In this document: in pieces, positions 40,789 through 52,905 of the stretch
How the letters are laid out: each line of letters starts with the position of its first letter
Position numbering within the stretch: the first letter of the stretch is position 1
Origin: Candidatus Dormiibacterota bacterium
GTDB lineage: Bacteria; Chloroflexota; Dormibacteria; Aeolococcales; Aeolococcaceae
Reading direction: 5' to 3'
NCBI GenBank assembly: GCA_963709585.1
Contig: CAVPXI010000021.1
Location: 77,735-141,734, forward strand
DNA: 64,000 nt
Position numbers and translations under genes: made by a program
Notes under the pieces: generated by a model
Seen by the model: the letters and a program-made list of their open reading frames with translations, nothing else
The model's database searches: none
What the model was told of the DNA's origin: nothing

Positions 40789-42370
40789 TTGACCCCGACG
40801 ACGGCCCAGGAGCCCGAGACGCTCACCATGGAGGACCTCCTGCGGGAGGACCAGAATTCGATCAGGGCCCTGGCCCACGGTGACATCGTCGATGGTGTCG
40901 TCGTCCGTGTCGATCCCGACGAGGTCCTCGTCGACATCGGCGCGAAGAGCGAGGGAATCATCTCCAACCGCGAGCTCTCGGCACGCGGGGAGCAGACGGT
41001 CACCCTCAACTCCGGTGACCAGGTCAAGGTCTACATCATCCAGCCCGAGGATGAGCACGGCAACGTCGTCCTCAGCCTGCGCAAGGCGCGCGCCGAGGGC
41101 ATCTGGCAGGCCGTCGCAGAGAAGGAGTCCGAGGGCGAGATCCTCGACGCCGAGGTGCGCGAGCAGAACAAGGGCGGCCTGATCGTCAACATCATGGGCC
41201 TGCGCGGGTTCCTGCCCAGCAGCCAGGTGGCGCGCCAGTTCAGCGGCAACCTCATGGAGCTGGTCGGCACCAAGATCCCGGTCAAGATCCTCGAGGTCAA
41301 CCGCAAGCGCAACCGGCTCATCGTGTCGCAGCGCGCGGCCCAGGATGAGGATCGCGCGCGCCAGCGCGAGGAGCTCTTCGAGAAGCTCAAGGTCGGCGAC
41401 GTCATCACCGGCAAGGTGAGCGGCGTCACCTCCTACGGCGCCTTCGTCAACCTCGGTGGCGCCGACGGCCTGATCCACATCAGCGAGCTGTCGTGGGATC
41501 GCATCAACAACGTCAGCGACGTGCTCACCGTCGGTGATGAGGTGTCCGTCAAGGTCATCAAGCTCGACCCCGAGCTGTCGCGCATCAGCCTCTCGCTGCG
41601 CCAGATGTCACAGGATCCCTGGGACACCATCGAGCAGCAGTTCCCGCCCGGCAAGGCGGTGCCCGGCATCGTCACCAAGACGAAGAAGTACGGCGCGTTC
41701 CTCCAGATCGCCGACGGTGTCGAGGGCCTGCTCCACATCAGCGAGCTGTCGTGGGATCACGTCGAACGCACCGAAGATGTCCTCAAGGTCGGCGAGGAGG
41801 TCGAGGTCATGGTGCTCAGCGCGGACAAGGTCCGGCGTCGCATCAGCCTCTCGCTGCGCCAGCTGCACGGCGGCGGTCCGACCGGCGAGGGCGATGAGAT
41901 CACGCCACCGTCATATGACTACCCCGAAGATGACGACGACGAGAGCGACACCGTGGTCACGGCGGTGACGCCGATGGCCACCGCGCTCGCCGACGCCGGC
42001 GTCGAGGGGACCACCCGGGCATCCGTTGAGCATGCGGTCGCGGCGGGCACCGCCAGCGCCGAGGAGATTGCCGCCGACAACGCGCTCGCCGACGACGCGG
42101 CTGCGGACGACGCCGTCGCGGACGATGCCAGTGACGACGCGGCAGCCGCCGACGAGGAAGCCGAGGTCGACGCCGATACTGAGGATCACGACGACGACGT
42201 CGAGTCCGAGCTGGAGGCCGAGGTCGAGGAAGCCGCGGCGGCGAGTCCGGCGACGAGACGGCGGCAGCGACAGCCGCGCGCCGATGCGGCCACGGATGCC
42301 GCGCTGGAACCCCCGCGCGGACGGGGCCGGCGCCGGCGCCGATATCGAGGCTGCAGAACCGAAAGCCTAG
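40789..42370 (+). CDS. rpsA: 30S ribosomal protein S1 (four S1 domains, acidic tail; frameshift in tail)
   Basis: VDIGAKSEG, GFLPSSQ, YGAFV..GLIHISELSW repeats; SD AAGGAG. Confidence 0.92.
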
Positions 42371-42561
42371 GGCGCCGTCACCAGGACGGTGACGCCGACG
42401 GTTGTGCGCAGCGACGAGGCCGTTTCGACGGAGCTACCAGCCCGTATTCGCAAAGTTGCTTAGCTGTCCGCCAACCCGGGTAGTATGAGGGGCGTTACAG
42501 CAGTGCCCGGGGTCTGACCCTTTCCATCCACGGGGGGGCCGGAAGGGCAATGGAGGCGGTT

Positions 42562-45073
<2,512 letters not shown>

Positions 45074-45094
<21 letters not shown>

Positions 45095-45381
45095 CCTGCA
45101 CCCTGCAGGAGGGTGAAATGTCTCTGAACCTTGGGAGCATCGCGGCGTGCGCTGGCTAGCTAGTCGCCCGCGCTGGCTGCTGCTCGGCGTGCTTGTGGTC
45201 TTGATTCTCTGTGTGGTGCTCGGTGCCGTGCTACGCAACGTGGTGCTCGGCTCGGCGATTCTGCTGGTGTTCTTTGTCTTCTTCGCGACTCTCATGGCCT
45301 TTGTGGGGCGCCGTGAGAGTCGTCGCCCTCGCAGCCCGCACTGATCCCTTCCGGCGGCCGCCCAGCGCACCTCCCGCGGAG
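45074..45381 (+). repeat. 18-bp direct repeat of the clpC 3' end flanking a small gene
   Basis: AGCGCACCTCCCACGGAG (45074-45091) and AGCGCACCTCCCGCGGAG (45364-45381). Confidence 0.6.
45147..45344 (+). CDS. Small two-TM membrane protein
   Basis: 65 aa, two hydrophobic helices, SD GGAG. Confidence 0.55.
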   Translation: MRWLASRPRWLLLGVLVVLILCVVLGAVLRNVVLGSAILLVFFVFFATLMAFVGRRESRRPRSPH

Positions 45382-45388
45382 GAGTTGC

Positions 45389-45814
45389 TCAGCGCGGCGG
45401 CAGGGTCACAGTGGCGCCGTTGGTGCCGTCGATGATGTTGACCGTCACCGTCTGGCTGACGTCGAGCGCGGCGGGGGTCGTGATGATGCTTGTGGTCGCG
45501 GTGAGGTCGGCGGTGCACGGGCCGGAGTCCGGGGCTATGACCGTGATCCGCAACTGGTTGCGCTGGGGGACGACGAGGCTTACCGGAAGTCCTGGGCACG
45601 ATCCGCTCCCCCAGGTCACCAACGCCATCCGGCCGGGCGCCCCCCAGACGGCGTCATCGCGCACAGCGCCACCTTCGCCGAGGCCGGGGACGCCGGGCGC
45701 GATGCCGCGGTAGTACCGCACCAGAAACGACGGACGGATTCCCGAGTCGCCGCAGGCGCCGACGAGCAGCATCGCCACAGCTACCGCCACGAGTGACGAG
45801 ATGCGACGTTTCAT
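45389..45814 (-). CDS. Putative lipoprotein
   Basis: MKRR...LVGAC lipobox; TWGSGSCP and CTADL motifs. Confidence 0.7.
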   Translation of the reverse strand: MKRRISSLVAVAVAMLLVGACGDSGIRPSFLVRYYRGIAPGVPGLGEGGAVRDDAVWGAPGRMALVTWGSGSCPGLPVSLVVPQRNQLRITVIAPDSGPCTADLTATTSIITTPAALDVSQTVTVNIIDGTNGATVTLPPR

Positions 45815-45855
45815 GTGTGTATTACGCCAGATGCGCCCCGGAGATCCCAGTCCTG

Positions 45856-46351
45856 TCAGACGCCGGTTGGCGGGGTCTCGCCGGGAGCGAAGCGACCCAG
45901 GTCTGCTCCAACCTTCTTGCCGATGTTGGCGATGTGGAGGTGAATCTCGTCGAGGAGATCCGTGGCCTTCTTCACCTGCGCGGTGAGGGCGGTGTTCTCG
46001 GCGAGCAGCGTCTTGATGTCATCGGTGTTGTTCTCGGTGTGCAGCGCCACCTCAGACGCAACCGCGTCAGCTCGTTTCGCGGCGATCAACAGGGCTGCCG
46101 CTTGAATGCCCGCCAGCATCGAGAGAAACAGGTTGAGCAGGATGAATGGGTACGGGTCAAATCCCGACTTTCCGCCGACGTGAAGCACGCCGTTGACGAC
46201 GGCCCAGATGATCATGACCCCGAAAAAGACGAAAACGAAGGGCCACGACCCCATCCCGTTGCGCATCTTGTCGGCGGCTCGCTCCCCGAGTGAGAGTTGG
46301 TCGGCTCGCTCGTACCGTCGGATGTTTCGCCCATTGAGGTTGCCAAGCCAT
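45856..46351 (-). CDS. DUF1003 membrane protein (frameshift near start)
   Basis: GERAAD..GMGSW, FDPYPFILLNL. Confidence 0.85.
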
Positions 46352-46451
46352 GGTCGATCTCCTTTGGAACGGATGCCACCTGCGTCACGTGCGGTTAAGG
46401 CTACGCCGCAAAGTTGACGACTCTGCAAGCGCTGCATCACTCTCAGTCGCG

Positions 46452-46928
46452 TTATCGAGATAGCTGGACCTGGGTGGGGTGGGGGGCTTCACTCAGCGAG
46501 GCGATGCAGGCAGTGAGCAGGCGCCGCATCTGATCTTGTTCGCTGACATCCAGATTGGCGAGCATGTCTTGCTCGACGCGGCGAACCGCTGCGCTGGCCA
46601 CCTTGAGCTGGCGGCGCCCGCGGGCGGTCAGCTCGGTCGGCAGGGCCCTGCCGACGGGTGCCTGTGCCGGACGAAGAACGAGGCCTTGGCGTTCGAGGGC
46701 CTGCAGCAGCGCATGCATCGACTGCCGGGTGACGAAGGCGCCGCGGGCAAGCTCGGAGTTGGACAGACCCGGTCGCTGGGCAAGCAGCTCCAGGCAGGCG
46801 TAGTGGGTGATCGTCATGCCAAGCGGCCTCAGCACGGTCTCGAGGGCAGAGTGGAGGACGCTGGCGGCCGCCTTCAGCATGTACCCCAGCGATGTGTCCA
46901 GCTCGACCCCGGGCTCGCCTTGACTCAT
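46452..46928 (-). CDS. MarR-family regulator
   Basis: SNSELAR..FVTRQSM, LERQGLV.R, LTARG. Confidence 0.9.
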   Translation of the reverse strand: MSQGEPGVELDTSLGYMLKAAASVLHSALETVLRPLGMTITHYACLELLAQRPGLSNSELARGAFVTRQSMHALLQALERQGLVLRPAQAPVGRALPTELTARGRRQLKVASAAVRRVEQDMLANLDVSEQDQMRRLLTACIASLSEAPHPTQVQLSR

Positions 46929-46973
46929 GTCAGTAGTCTGACATACACTCCTGGTGTGTCAGAAGACTGACAT
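46927..46973. promoter_or_regulatory. Two tandem palindromic MarR operators
   Basis: ATGTCAG-tagt-CTGACAT (46927-46944) and TGTCAG-aaga-CTGACA (46957-46972) between divergent marR and VOC genes. Confidence 0.8.
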
Positions 46974-46993
46974 ACTAAGAGGAGGCAGCCATC

Positions 46994-47362
46994 ATGGCCG
47001 TCACAGGACCCGACTTCATTTCACTCCAGGTGCGCGACCTGGAGCGATCCGCCGCTTTCTACGAGCAGTACCTGGGGCTGAAGCGCTCCGACGCAGGACC
47101 GCCGCACGCCGTCGTGTTCGACACCAAGCCGATCGCGTTCGCCGTCCGCGACGTCGTCGCGGGCGTCGACCTGGACGCGATCGCGCAGCCGGGCCAGGGA
47201 ATGGCGCTGTGGCTGCACGCCGCCGACGCGCAGGACATTCACGACGCCCTCGCCGCCGCCGGCACGACGATCATCTCAGCGCCCCTCGACGGGCCGTTCG
47301 GCCGCACGTTCACGTTCGCGGACCCCGACGGCTACCAGGTGACCCTCCACGACCGCGGCTGA
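46994..47362 (+). CDS. VOC/glyoxalase family protein
   Basis: LQVRDLERSAAFY, PFGRTFTFADPDGY. Confidence 0.92.
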   Translation: MAVTGPDFISLQVRDLERSAAFYEQYLGLKRSDAGPPHAVVFDTKPIAFAVRDVVAGVDLDAIAQPGQGMALWLHAADAQDIHDALAAAGTTIISAPLDGPFGRTFTFADPDGYQVTLHDRG

Positions 47363-47375
47363 GCCGCAGGTCCAG

Positions 47376-47501
47376 CTATTCGTCGTGCAGCGCTAATCCT
47401 CGGTCGACCAATGCGTTGCGGAGGATGGCAAGCGCCCGAGGTCCCATGCCGTGCAGCGCGAGCAGGTCTGGCGCGCGATGCGCGGAGTTGGGAATGGTGA
47501 C
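47376..47501 (-). pseudogene. C-terminal half of a small helix-hairpin-helix DNA-binding protein
   Basis: Translates VTIPNSAHRAPDLLALHGMGPRALAILRNALVDRGLALHDE*. Confidence 0.7.
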
Positions 47502-47512
47502 CTGTCTGTGGC

Positions 47513-48725
47513 TTAGGGCGGCGGCTCGACGACGGCAACGCCATCAGCGATGTGGATGCGCCAACCCTGCTCGTGCACCCGGCGGTGGTGCGTCCGGCAC
47601 AACGAGACCAGGTTGTGGAGCTCGGTAGGACCATCCGGCCAGTGGATGATGTGGTGGCCATCGGTCCACGCGGGCGGGCGATCGCAGCCCGGAAACCGAC
47701 ACCCCTGGTCGCGCAGGTTGAGCGCGGTGCGGAGGTGTGCCGGGATGGTGCGCGTTTCCCGTCCGACCGCGAGCGGCAGGACCGGTGGGCGGATGCCCGT
47801 CCACGCCGAACCTTCACTCGGCGGCGCGACCGCCACCACCGTCAGCGCCGCGTCACAGGCGATGCGCCGGGCGGTCTCGGGATGGATCGGTCCCACCCCG
47901 CGCAGCTCGGCCGGCCAGCCATCGGCGTCACCACGGAGGGTGTCCGCGCTCACCGTGAGGGTGAGATGCGGCCGCTGCCCGTGGACATCGCGGTGGTCCC
48001 CGCAGCGCAGCTGGGTGGCGGCGAGCTCGACGAGCGCGTCGGCCCGGCGCTGCGAGCCGGTTCGGGTCTCGTCACGGTTCAACCCGTGACTGAGCGCGTC
48101 GATCGCGGTCTTCACCAGCGCGCCACCTTCGGCATCGAGCTCACCCCGGAGGACGAACACGCCTCCGTAGGTTTGCTCGCACTCGAACCAGCGCCGCTCG
48201 TGGGCGCGGTTGTCATCGGCCAGCACCCCGTCGGGATCGATCCGGAGTCGCGCCACCTGCGTGACGGTGCGCATGTCACCGAGGTCGAGCGTCTCCGCCG
48301 CGCCCACCAGGATGTGCTCCAGTGCCGCCACCTGCTCGACGCCGACATCATTGGCGAGCTGGGCGATCATGGTCACGTTGCCCAGGGAGGCGCGACCGGC
48401 CCGGGCGCTGTCGAGACTGGAAGGTAGCTCGCCGAGCGTGCGCGCCAGCCGGACGCGATAGGCGCCCGCCTTCCATGACAAGGCGCAGTGATCGCGGACC
48501 CAGGACGCGGTGCTGCCCGCCCCGTCCGCCAGCGCTCCGTGGGCGCGATCGAAGCGGTCCAGGCGACGGAGGAACTCGGCTTCGAGGCGATCGGCAGCCC
48601 GCCGGAGGTCGACGAGATCGGCGCCCAGCGCCTGGGTCGAGAAGCCGTCGATGGACTCGCCGACGAGTGCATCCACGTGCCTCGGTCAGCCGCTGTCGGG
48701 CATCCGGTATGGCGAACGCTTCCAT
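47513..48725 (-). CDS. DUF222 + HNH endonuclease (frameshift ~48678)
   Basis: QRRADAL, ARRIACDA, LRDQGCRFPGC...HHIIHW..GPT...NLVSLCRTHH..VH. Confidence 0.88.
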
Positions 48726-48732
48726 ACACAAT

Positions 48733-48753
48733 ATTATACCAAACACCTGTTCG
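48733..48753 (-). promoter_or_regulatory. LexA box overlapping an extended -10 promoter
   Basis: Minus strand CGAACAGGTGTTTG-G-TATAAT, ATG 7 nt downstream. Confidence 0.8.
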
Positions 48754-48850
48754 CCACAGCACGGACAATGTGCTCCCGCGCAGGGTAGAGACATCTCCGG
48801 CAAATGACATGCTCACCGCGAGGTTGTCCGTCGTGAATGATGTGTCGTTG

Positions 48851-48925
48851 CACGCCGATGCTCGCCTGGGCTCGGGTTGCGGGGGAGCTCCGATGCGTGG
48901 CAACTCGTCTGCGATCCCGCGCTCC
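48851..48925 (-). pseudogene. N-terminal part of the same HhH protein
   Basis: Translates ERGIADELPRIGAP/ATRAQASIGV with a small indel. Confidence 0.6.
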
Positions 48926-48938
48926 CTAAGCGCGCCGG

Positions 48939-49903
48939 TCAGGGACCGGCGGCGTAGTCGATCGTGAACGAGCCCGAGCCGGTTGGAGGTCCGTCCCAGG
49001 CGGCGTACAGCTTGGTGCTGTAGCCGGCGAGTGCCGGGGCGCCTTCCGCGCTCGACGGAATGACCACCGCGGAGGTCCACGTCGAGCCCTTGGACGTGCG
49101 GTAGTGAAGAACGTTGGTGTTGTTCTCCCACGCGACGTAGAGGATCTTGCTCCGGACGGCGGCCGCCGGCGCACCGAGCGCACTGGAGGACACGATCGTC
49201 GATGGACTGGACCACGTCGTTCCACTGAACTTGGAGTAGGTGATGGCTCCGTTCTGATCCCAGAAGTCGTACAGATGTCCTCCGTAGGAGGCCAGGCCGG
49301 GCCCGCCTGAATACGGCCCGCTGATGAACGACGACGGGACCGTCGCCTGCCCGGACCAGGATCCACCCGTCACCGACTGGTACCAGACCGCGCCTCCGGT
49401 AGACCCGATCCACGAGAAGTACAGCGGACCGCCGAAGGACGCGATCGACGGGCTGTGGTACTGCTCGGTGATCGCGGAGGGCACCATTGTCTGCGCGGTC
49501 CAGGTGCTGCCGTTGAACTCCGCGAACCAGAGGGTGTAGGGGCTCGTCTCGCCCGTCCATGCCGCCTAGAACTCACCCTCATAGTTGGTCAACGCCGGGG
49601 CGGTGTATTGCGTCGTGAGCGCCGAAGGGATGGTCGCTGCCGCCGACCAGGTGCTGCCGCTGAAGCGGGAATACCAGATCTGATACGGGCTGGTCTGACC
49701 GACCCACGCGGCGCAGAGGTAGCCGCCAACCGAAGCGAGCGCGGGATCCGAGTAGCTCGCTGCGGACGGATCGCGTGCGCCGCGCCCCAGGACCCGTTCC
49801 CATCTCGAGCAGCCCGAACCGCGACCGGACCGAATGCGCCCGCGACAACCAGACCGGTTACAACGAGCGGTAGCCCGAGTGTCCTGACAACACGCGGCTG
49901 CAT
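48939..49903 (-). pseudogene. Secreted beta-propeller-like repeat protein, disrupted (frameshift ~49770, in-frame TAG at 49566)
   Basis: Signal peptide then ~6 repeats of P(AL)A..GG.LY.AW...Y..F.G.TWS. Confidence 0.65.
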
Positions 49904-49978
49904 GGGCGCGAGTATGGCCCCCGACAACCGCGGCGCACAAGCTACTCAGCCGGGCGGGGCCGCCGCCGTCAAGCGCCC

Positions 49979-50024
49979 AAATGGGTACCGGAAATGAGTA
50001 CCCGAATGAGCCTTTCCCCCGATG
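49979..50024 (+). promoter_or_regulatory. Triple-heptamer motif, copy A
   Basis: AAATGGGTACCGGAAATGAGTACCCGAATGAGCCTTTCCCCCGATG; -10-like TAGAGT at 50046. Confidence 0.7.
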
Positions 50025-50059
50025 GCGACATCAACGCATGCGCCATAGAGTTCGCGCTC

Positions 50060-50188
50060 ATGCAGCCACCCACACCATCCCTCCTACCCCCGCAGCGCCC
50101 CCACCAGGCGAAGCCGCCGTCGCTGGCGGCTCTCCTCGTGGGCTCCATCGTCGGGCTCGCGGCGTCCGCGTCGTGGTGGGCGCCATGA
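50060..50188 (+). CDS. Microprotein 1 (42 aa, Pro-rich plus TM)
   Basis: MQPPTPSLLPP...LLVGSIVGLAASASWWAP; ATGA overlap with next ORF. Confidence 0.45.
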   Translation: MQPPTPSLLPPQRPHQAKPPSLAALLVGSIVGLAASASWWAP

Positions 50189-50316
50189 AGGTCATCAAGG
50201 TCAAATACGGCACGTGGTCCAAGGGCAAGCTCACCGGCCAGTGGGCCGTGATACTCCTGTTCGGGGTGATCCCGGTGTGCGCTGAGGCGAGTGTCGGCAA
50301 GGTGGCCAAGCCATGA
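50185..50316 (+). CDS. Microprotein 2 (43 aa, basic plus hydrophobic)
   Basis: MKVIKVKYGTWSKGKLTGQWAVILLFGVIPVCAEASVGKVAKP; ATGA overlaps at both ends. Confidence 0.5.
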   Translation: MKVIKVKYGTWSKGKLTGQWAVILLFGVIPVCAEASVGKVAKP

Positions 50317-50447
50317 CCACGCTCCACGCGGCGACGCAGTGCGACAGCGCGGGCCAATGCACTCCACTCATCCCTGGGTGGCTCTTTGTTGTCCTATTCG
50401 CCCTGGCGCTTGTGGTGGCGTTCGGGCAGCGCCACAACGATGACTGA
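50313..50447 (+). CDS. Microprotein 3 (44 aa, C-x5-C plus TM)
   Basis: MTTLHAATQCDSAGQCTPLIPGWLFVVLFALALVVAFGQRHNDD. Confidence 0.5.
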   Translation: MTTLHAATQCDSAGQCTPLIPGWLFVVLFALALVVAFGQRHNDD

Positions 50448-50649
50448 CGCCGCTTGCGACTGCACCGAATGCACCGCGTCCCCGACGTACGCCAACTACT
50501 CAGCCGCGATGGACGCCGCCGAACGTCACCGCGTCGCCTTCGCAAACCACTCGCGGGGATGGTGGCAGCGGTTCGCGCCGGACACAGAGATGCCGCCGAT
50601 CAAGGCCGGACGCCGGAGCCGCTTCGTCGGGGACGTCTTTAGTCGCTAG
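50440..50649 (+). CDS. Microprotein 4 (69 aa, CxCxxC...H)
   Basis: MTDAACDCTECTASP...AAERHR; overlaps the previous stop. Confidence 0.45.
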   Translation: MTDAACDCTECTASPTYANYSAAMDAAERHRVAFANHSRGWWQRFAPDTEMPPIKAGRRSRFVGDVFSR

Positions 50650-50690
50650 GTTGTTTGCCTGGCGAGGGTCGAACTCCACTTCCCATCCCG

Positions 50691-51218
50691 TCATGCTACG
50701 TGACGCGGAGACTTGGCACTCCGAGGTGGCCACCCAACCCTGATGGCGATACTCAACAACGGTAATCCAGGGATTCGGAGCGCGCTGACCAAGCGTCCCG
50801 ACTGACGAAGGTAGGCGAATCGCAATGCCGGGCGCGACCGCCGAACCAGCAGGCCTCGTTTCCTGTGGTAACGCAGTCTCACGCCGAGCATCCGCAGCCT
50901 CAGGCTGTCGGGAATAGGTCCCGCTGCCTCGAGGTGACGCGCCACAATCAGCCCGTCCTGCAGCGCATGGTCACCGGCAGAAAGTGGTGTGCCAGCCAGC
51001 ACGTGGGTCGCTCGCTCGGCGAGGCTGTTCCCGAGGTGGGTTGCCAGTTCCGGCCAGGCTCTCGCAATGGTACGCACTCGTTTTGTCTGGAGCTGTTGGG
51101 ATGTTGCCCTCATCCCGCGGAGATCCGAGCCGGCGGAGTAGGGCCCGCCGGCCGAGAGCGAGCGGAGGAAATCCGCTTGCATTGAGCCTAAACGCTGGCG
51201 CGCCGTGTCCGTGGTCAA
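50691..51218 (-). CDS. Putative DUF692 partner protein
   Basis: Q..FLRSL...KR.R.IARAWPEL...LG; overlaps the DUF692 stop (TTGA). Confidence 0.7.
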   Translation of the reverse strand: MTTDTARQRLGSMQADFLRSLSAGGPYSAGSDLRGMRATSQQLQTKRVRTIARAWPELATHLGNSLAERATHVLAGTPLSAGDHALQDGLIVARHLEAAGPIPDSLRLRMLGVRLRYHRKRGLLVRRSRPALRFAYLRQSGRLVSALRIPGLPLLSIAIRVGWPPRSAKSPRHVA

Positions 51219-52048
51219 GTCGGGTTGCCGAGGCGCCGCGCGGCTCCGCGCTCGACGGCCATCCGAATGGCTTCCATCTCAGCCTCCAGCTCTGACCCTC
51301 GCGGAAAGCCGTCGTCACGTTCCAGCATCACCCCGGGCGGCACAATCCGCGAACAGAGCTCTTCAAGCAATGCCAGCGGGCCCGCTCCCACGGGGTGCGC
51401 GTGAGTGTCGTGATACAGACCTTCGCGGACGGTACCGCCGGCCACGTGAACGTAGGCCAAGCGGGCGAGCGGCAGCCGGCCCAGGGCCGCCACCGGATCC
51501 CACCCGCCGTTGCGCGCGTTCGCGTACATGTTGGAAACATCGAAGAGCAGCGCCGTATCCGTTCGCTCGAGGAGCTCGGCCAGGAACGAGGCTTCATCCA
51601 TCGCCGCTCCAGGCCACTCCACCAGCGTGGCGATGTTTTCCAACGCGAGCGGGAACGGCAGCATTCTCTTGGCCAAGGTCACGTTGTCGACGATGACCTC
51701 CAGGGCCTCGCGAGTTCGCGGGACCGGAAGCAGATGACCCGCTTCCACGCCCTCGGCGCGCACGAAGGCGAGATGCTCGCTGACCAGCGTGGCGCCTAAT
51801 CGCTGGGCCACGCGGACCAGGTGGTCGAGCCGCCGCGCATCTGGCCGCTCGGCGCCTCCAAGCGAAAGGCTGAGGCCGTGCACGATGACGGGGACCCCCC
51901 GGGTGACCAGCCGCGTGAGCGCCGGCGGGATGTCGTCAAGCCGGATGTTCTCCGCCGTTACTTCGACAAAGCCGAGCGCCTCGCGCCGCTCGATTGCGAG
52001 CGCCAGTTCAGGTCGCCAGCCGATTCCGAGACCCAGCGACGGCATCAT
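51215..52048 (-). CDS. DUF692 multinuclear non-heme iron oxidative enzyme (MNIO)
   Basis: GLGIGWR, HGLSLSLG, SEHL, LENI, FDVSN, YVHVAGG, DTHAH, MLERD. Confidence 0.92.
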   Translation of the reverse strand: MMPSLGLGIGWRPELALAIERREALGFVEVTAENIRLDDIPPALTRLVTRGVPVIVHGLSLSLGGAERPDARRLDHLVRVAQRLGATLVSEHLAFVRAEGVEAGHLLPVPRTREALEVIVDNVTLAKRMLPFPLALENIATLVEWPGAAMDEASFLAELLERTDTALLFDVSNMYANARNGGWDPVAALGRLPLARLAYVHVAGGTVREGLYHDTHAHPVGAGPLALLEELCSRIVPPGVMLERDDGFPRGSELEAEMEAIRMAVERGAARRLGNPT

Positions 52049-52801
52049 CCGCACCCGCATCCGCCACACCCGCCGCACCCACCACACCCGCCACATCCAC
52101 CGCAGGCCCCGCGGTTGTTTCTCTCACGCTTGAGTGCGCGGCCAACGTCGTTGAGCGGACCGCCTTCGAGGATCGCCGGCCCATAGATGGCCACTGCCAG
52201 CGCCAGATCCGTCGGCGTCAGCACCGCCGGTGCGTGCTCCGCACTTTCTCTGAGTGCCACGTGCTCCTCCTGCAGCTGCGTCAGAAGTGCGTTGCCACGT
52301 GCGGTGCGGCGTCGGAGTTTGATGAGGTTGTAGGTCGCGACGAGCGCGACGACCAATCCCCAAAACACTGAGTTCGACGAGATGCCACCGGTGATCGCAC
52401 TCAGTACTGCGATGCAGGCGGTTATGAGTCCGCCGCCGATCGCCAATGCGCCGGTCCAGAGATCCCGCTCGCTCAGAAGCAAGCCCGAAGCTCGGAGAGC
52501 ATCACGCACTGGGTGCGTAGCGGCCTCGGCATATTTTCGAATGTCCTCGACTGAGCTGGGGCGCTCCGACCCTGACACGCAGCGGACCACCGACTGCTGA
52601 ACTGGATCCTGCAGAACGCTCGGCGGCGGCTTCAAGGCAACCACCGTGCGGTCGCTTCGCACCATGATCAAACCCATGTGCGCCAGTCCCGCAAGGGAGG
52701 AGCCAACCGCCCTGGGGACTCCCTCGGCAAGGTAGGCGGCCTCAAGTGGACTCAGCTCTACCGCAGAGAGCAAATCAGCAGCTCGAACTCTCGATCGCCA
52801 T
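52045..52801 (-). CDS. TIGR04222-type membrane protein with C-terminal (CGG)n tail (frameshift near start)
   Basis: LSPLEAAYLAEG, two TM, RRTARG, ALAVAIYG, ends GACGGCGGCGGCGGCGGCGCG; SD AGGAGG before ATG 52801. Confidence 0.85.
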
Positions 52802-52861
52802 GGGTTGCCTCCTGTTGTCCTTCAGATGGCGCAAGCATCCGACGGGAGACACGGCGGAGAA

Positions 52862-52905
52862 ATCCGGGAAAAGGCTCAGGCGATGCTCATATAGGTGCTC
52901 AATTT
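52862..52905 (-). promoter_or_regulatory. Triple-heptamer motif, copy B
   Basis: Minus strand AAATTGAGCACCTATATGAGCATCGCCTGAGCCTTTTCCCGGAT. Confidence 0.65.

Larger units (their letters stand above)
47502..48850 (-). mobile_element. ~1.35-kb DUF222-HNH (REP13E12-like) element inserted in an HhH gene
   Basis: Bounded by the two halves of one HhH gene; contains a 5' hairpin, LexA-box promoter and DUF222-HNH ORF. Confidence 0.6.

Noticed and set aside
49566-49568. Pyrrolysine or amber read-through
   Set aside because: No pyl genes are seen and the same gene also has a frameshift
52048-52107. 9-bp tandem repeat as a CRISPR array or microsatellite
   Set aside because: It is the coding (CGG)n Cys-Gly tail with variable codons and has no spacers
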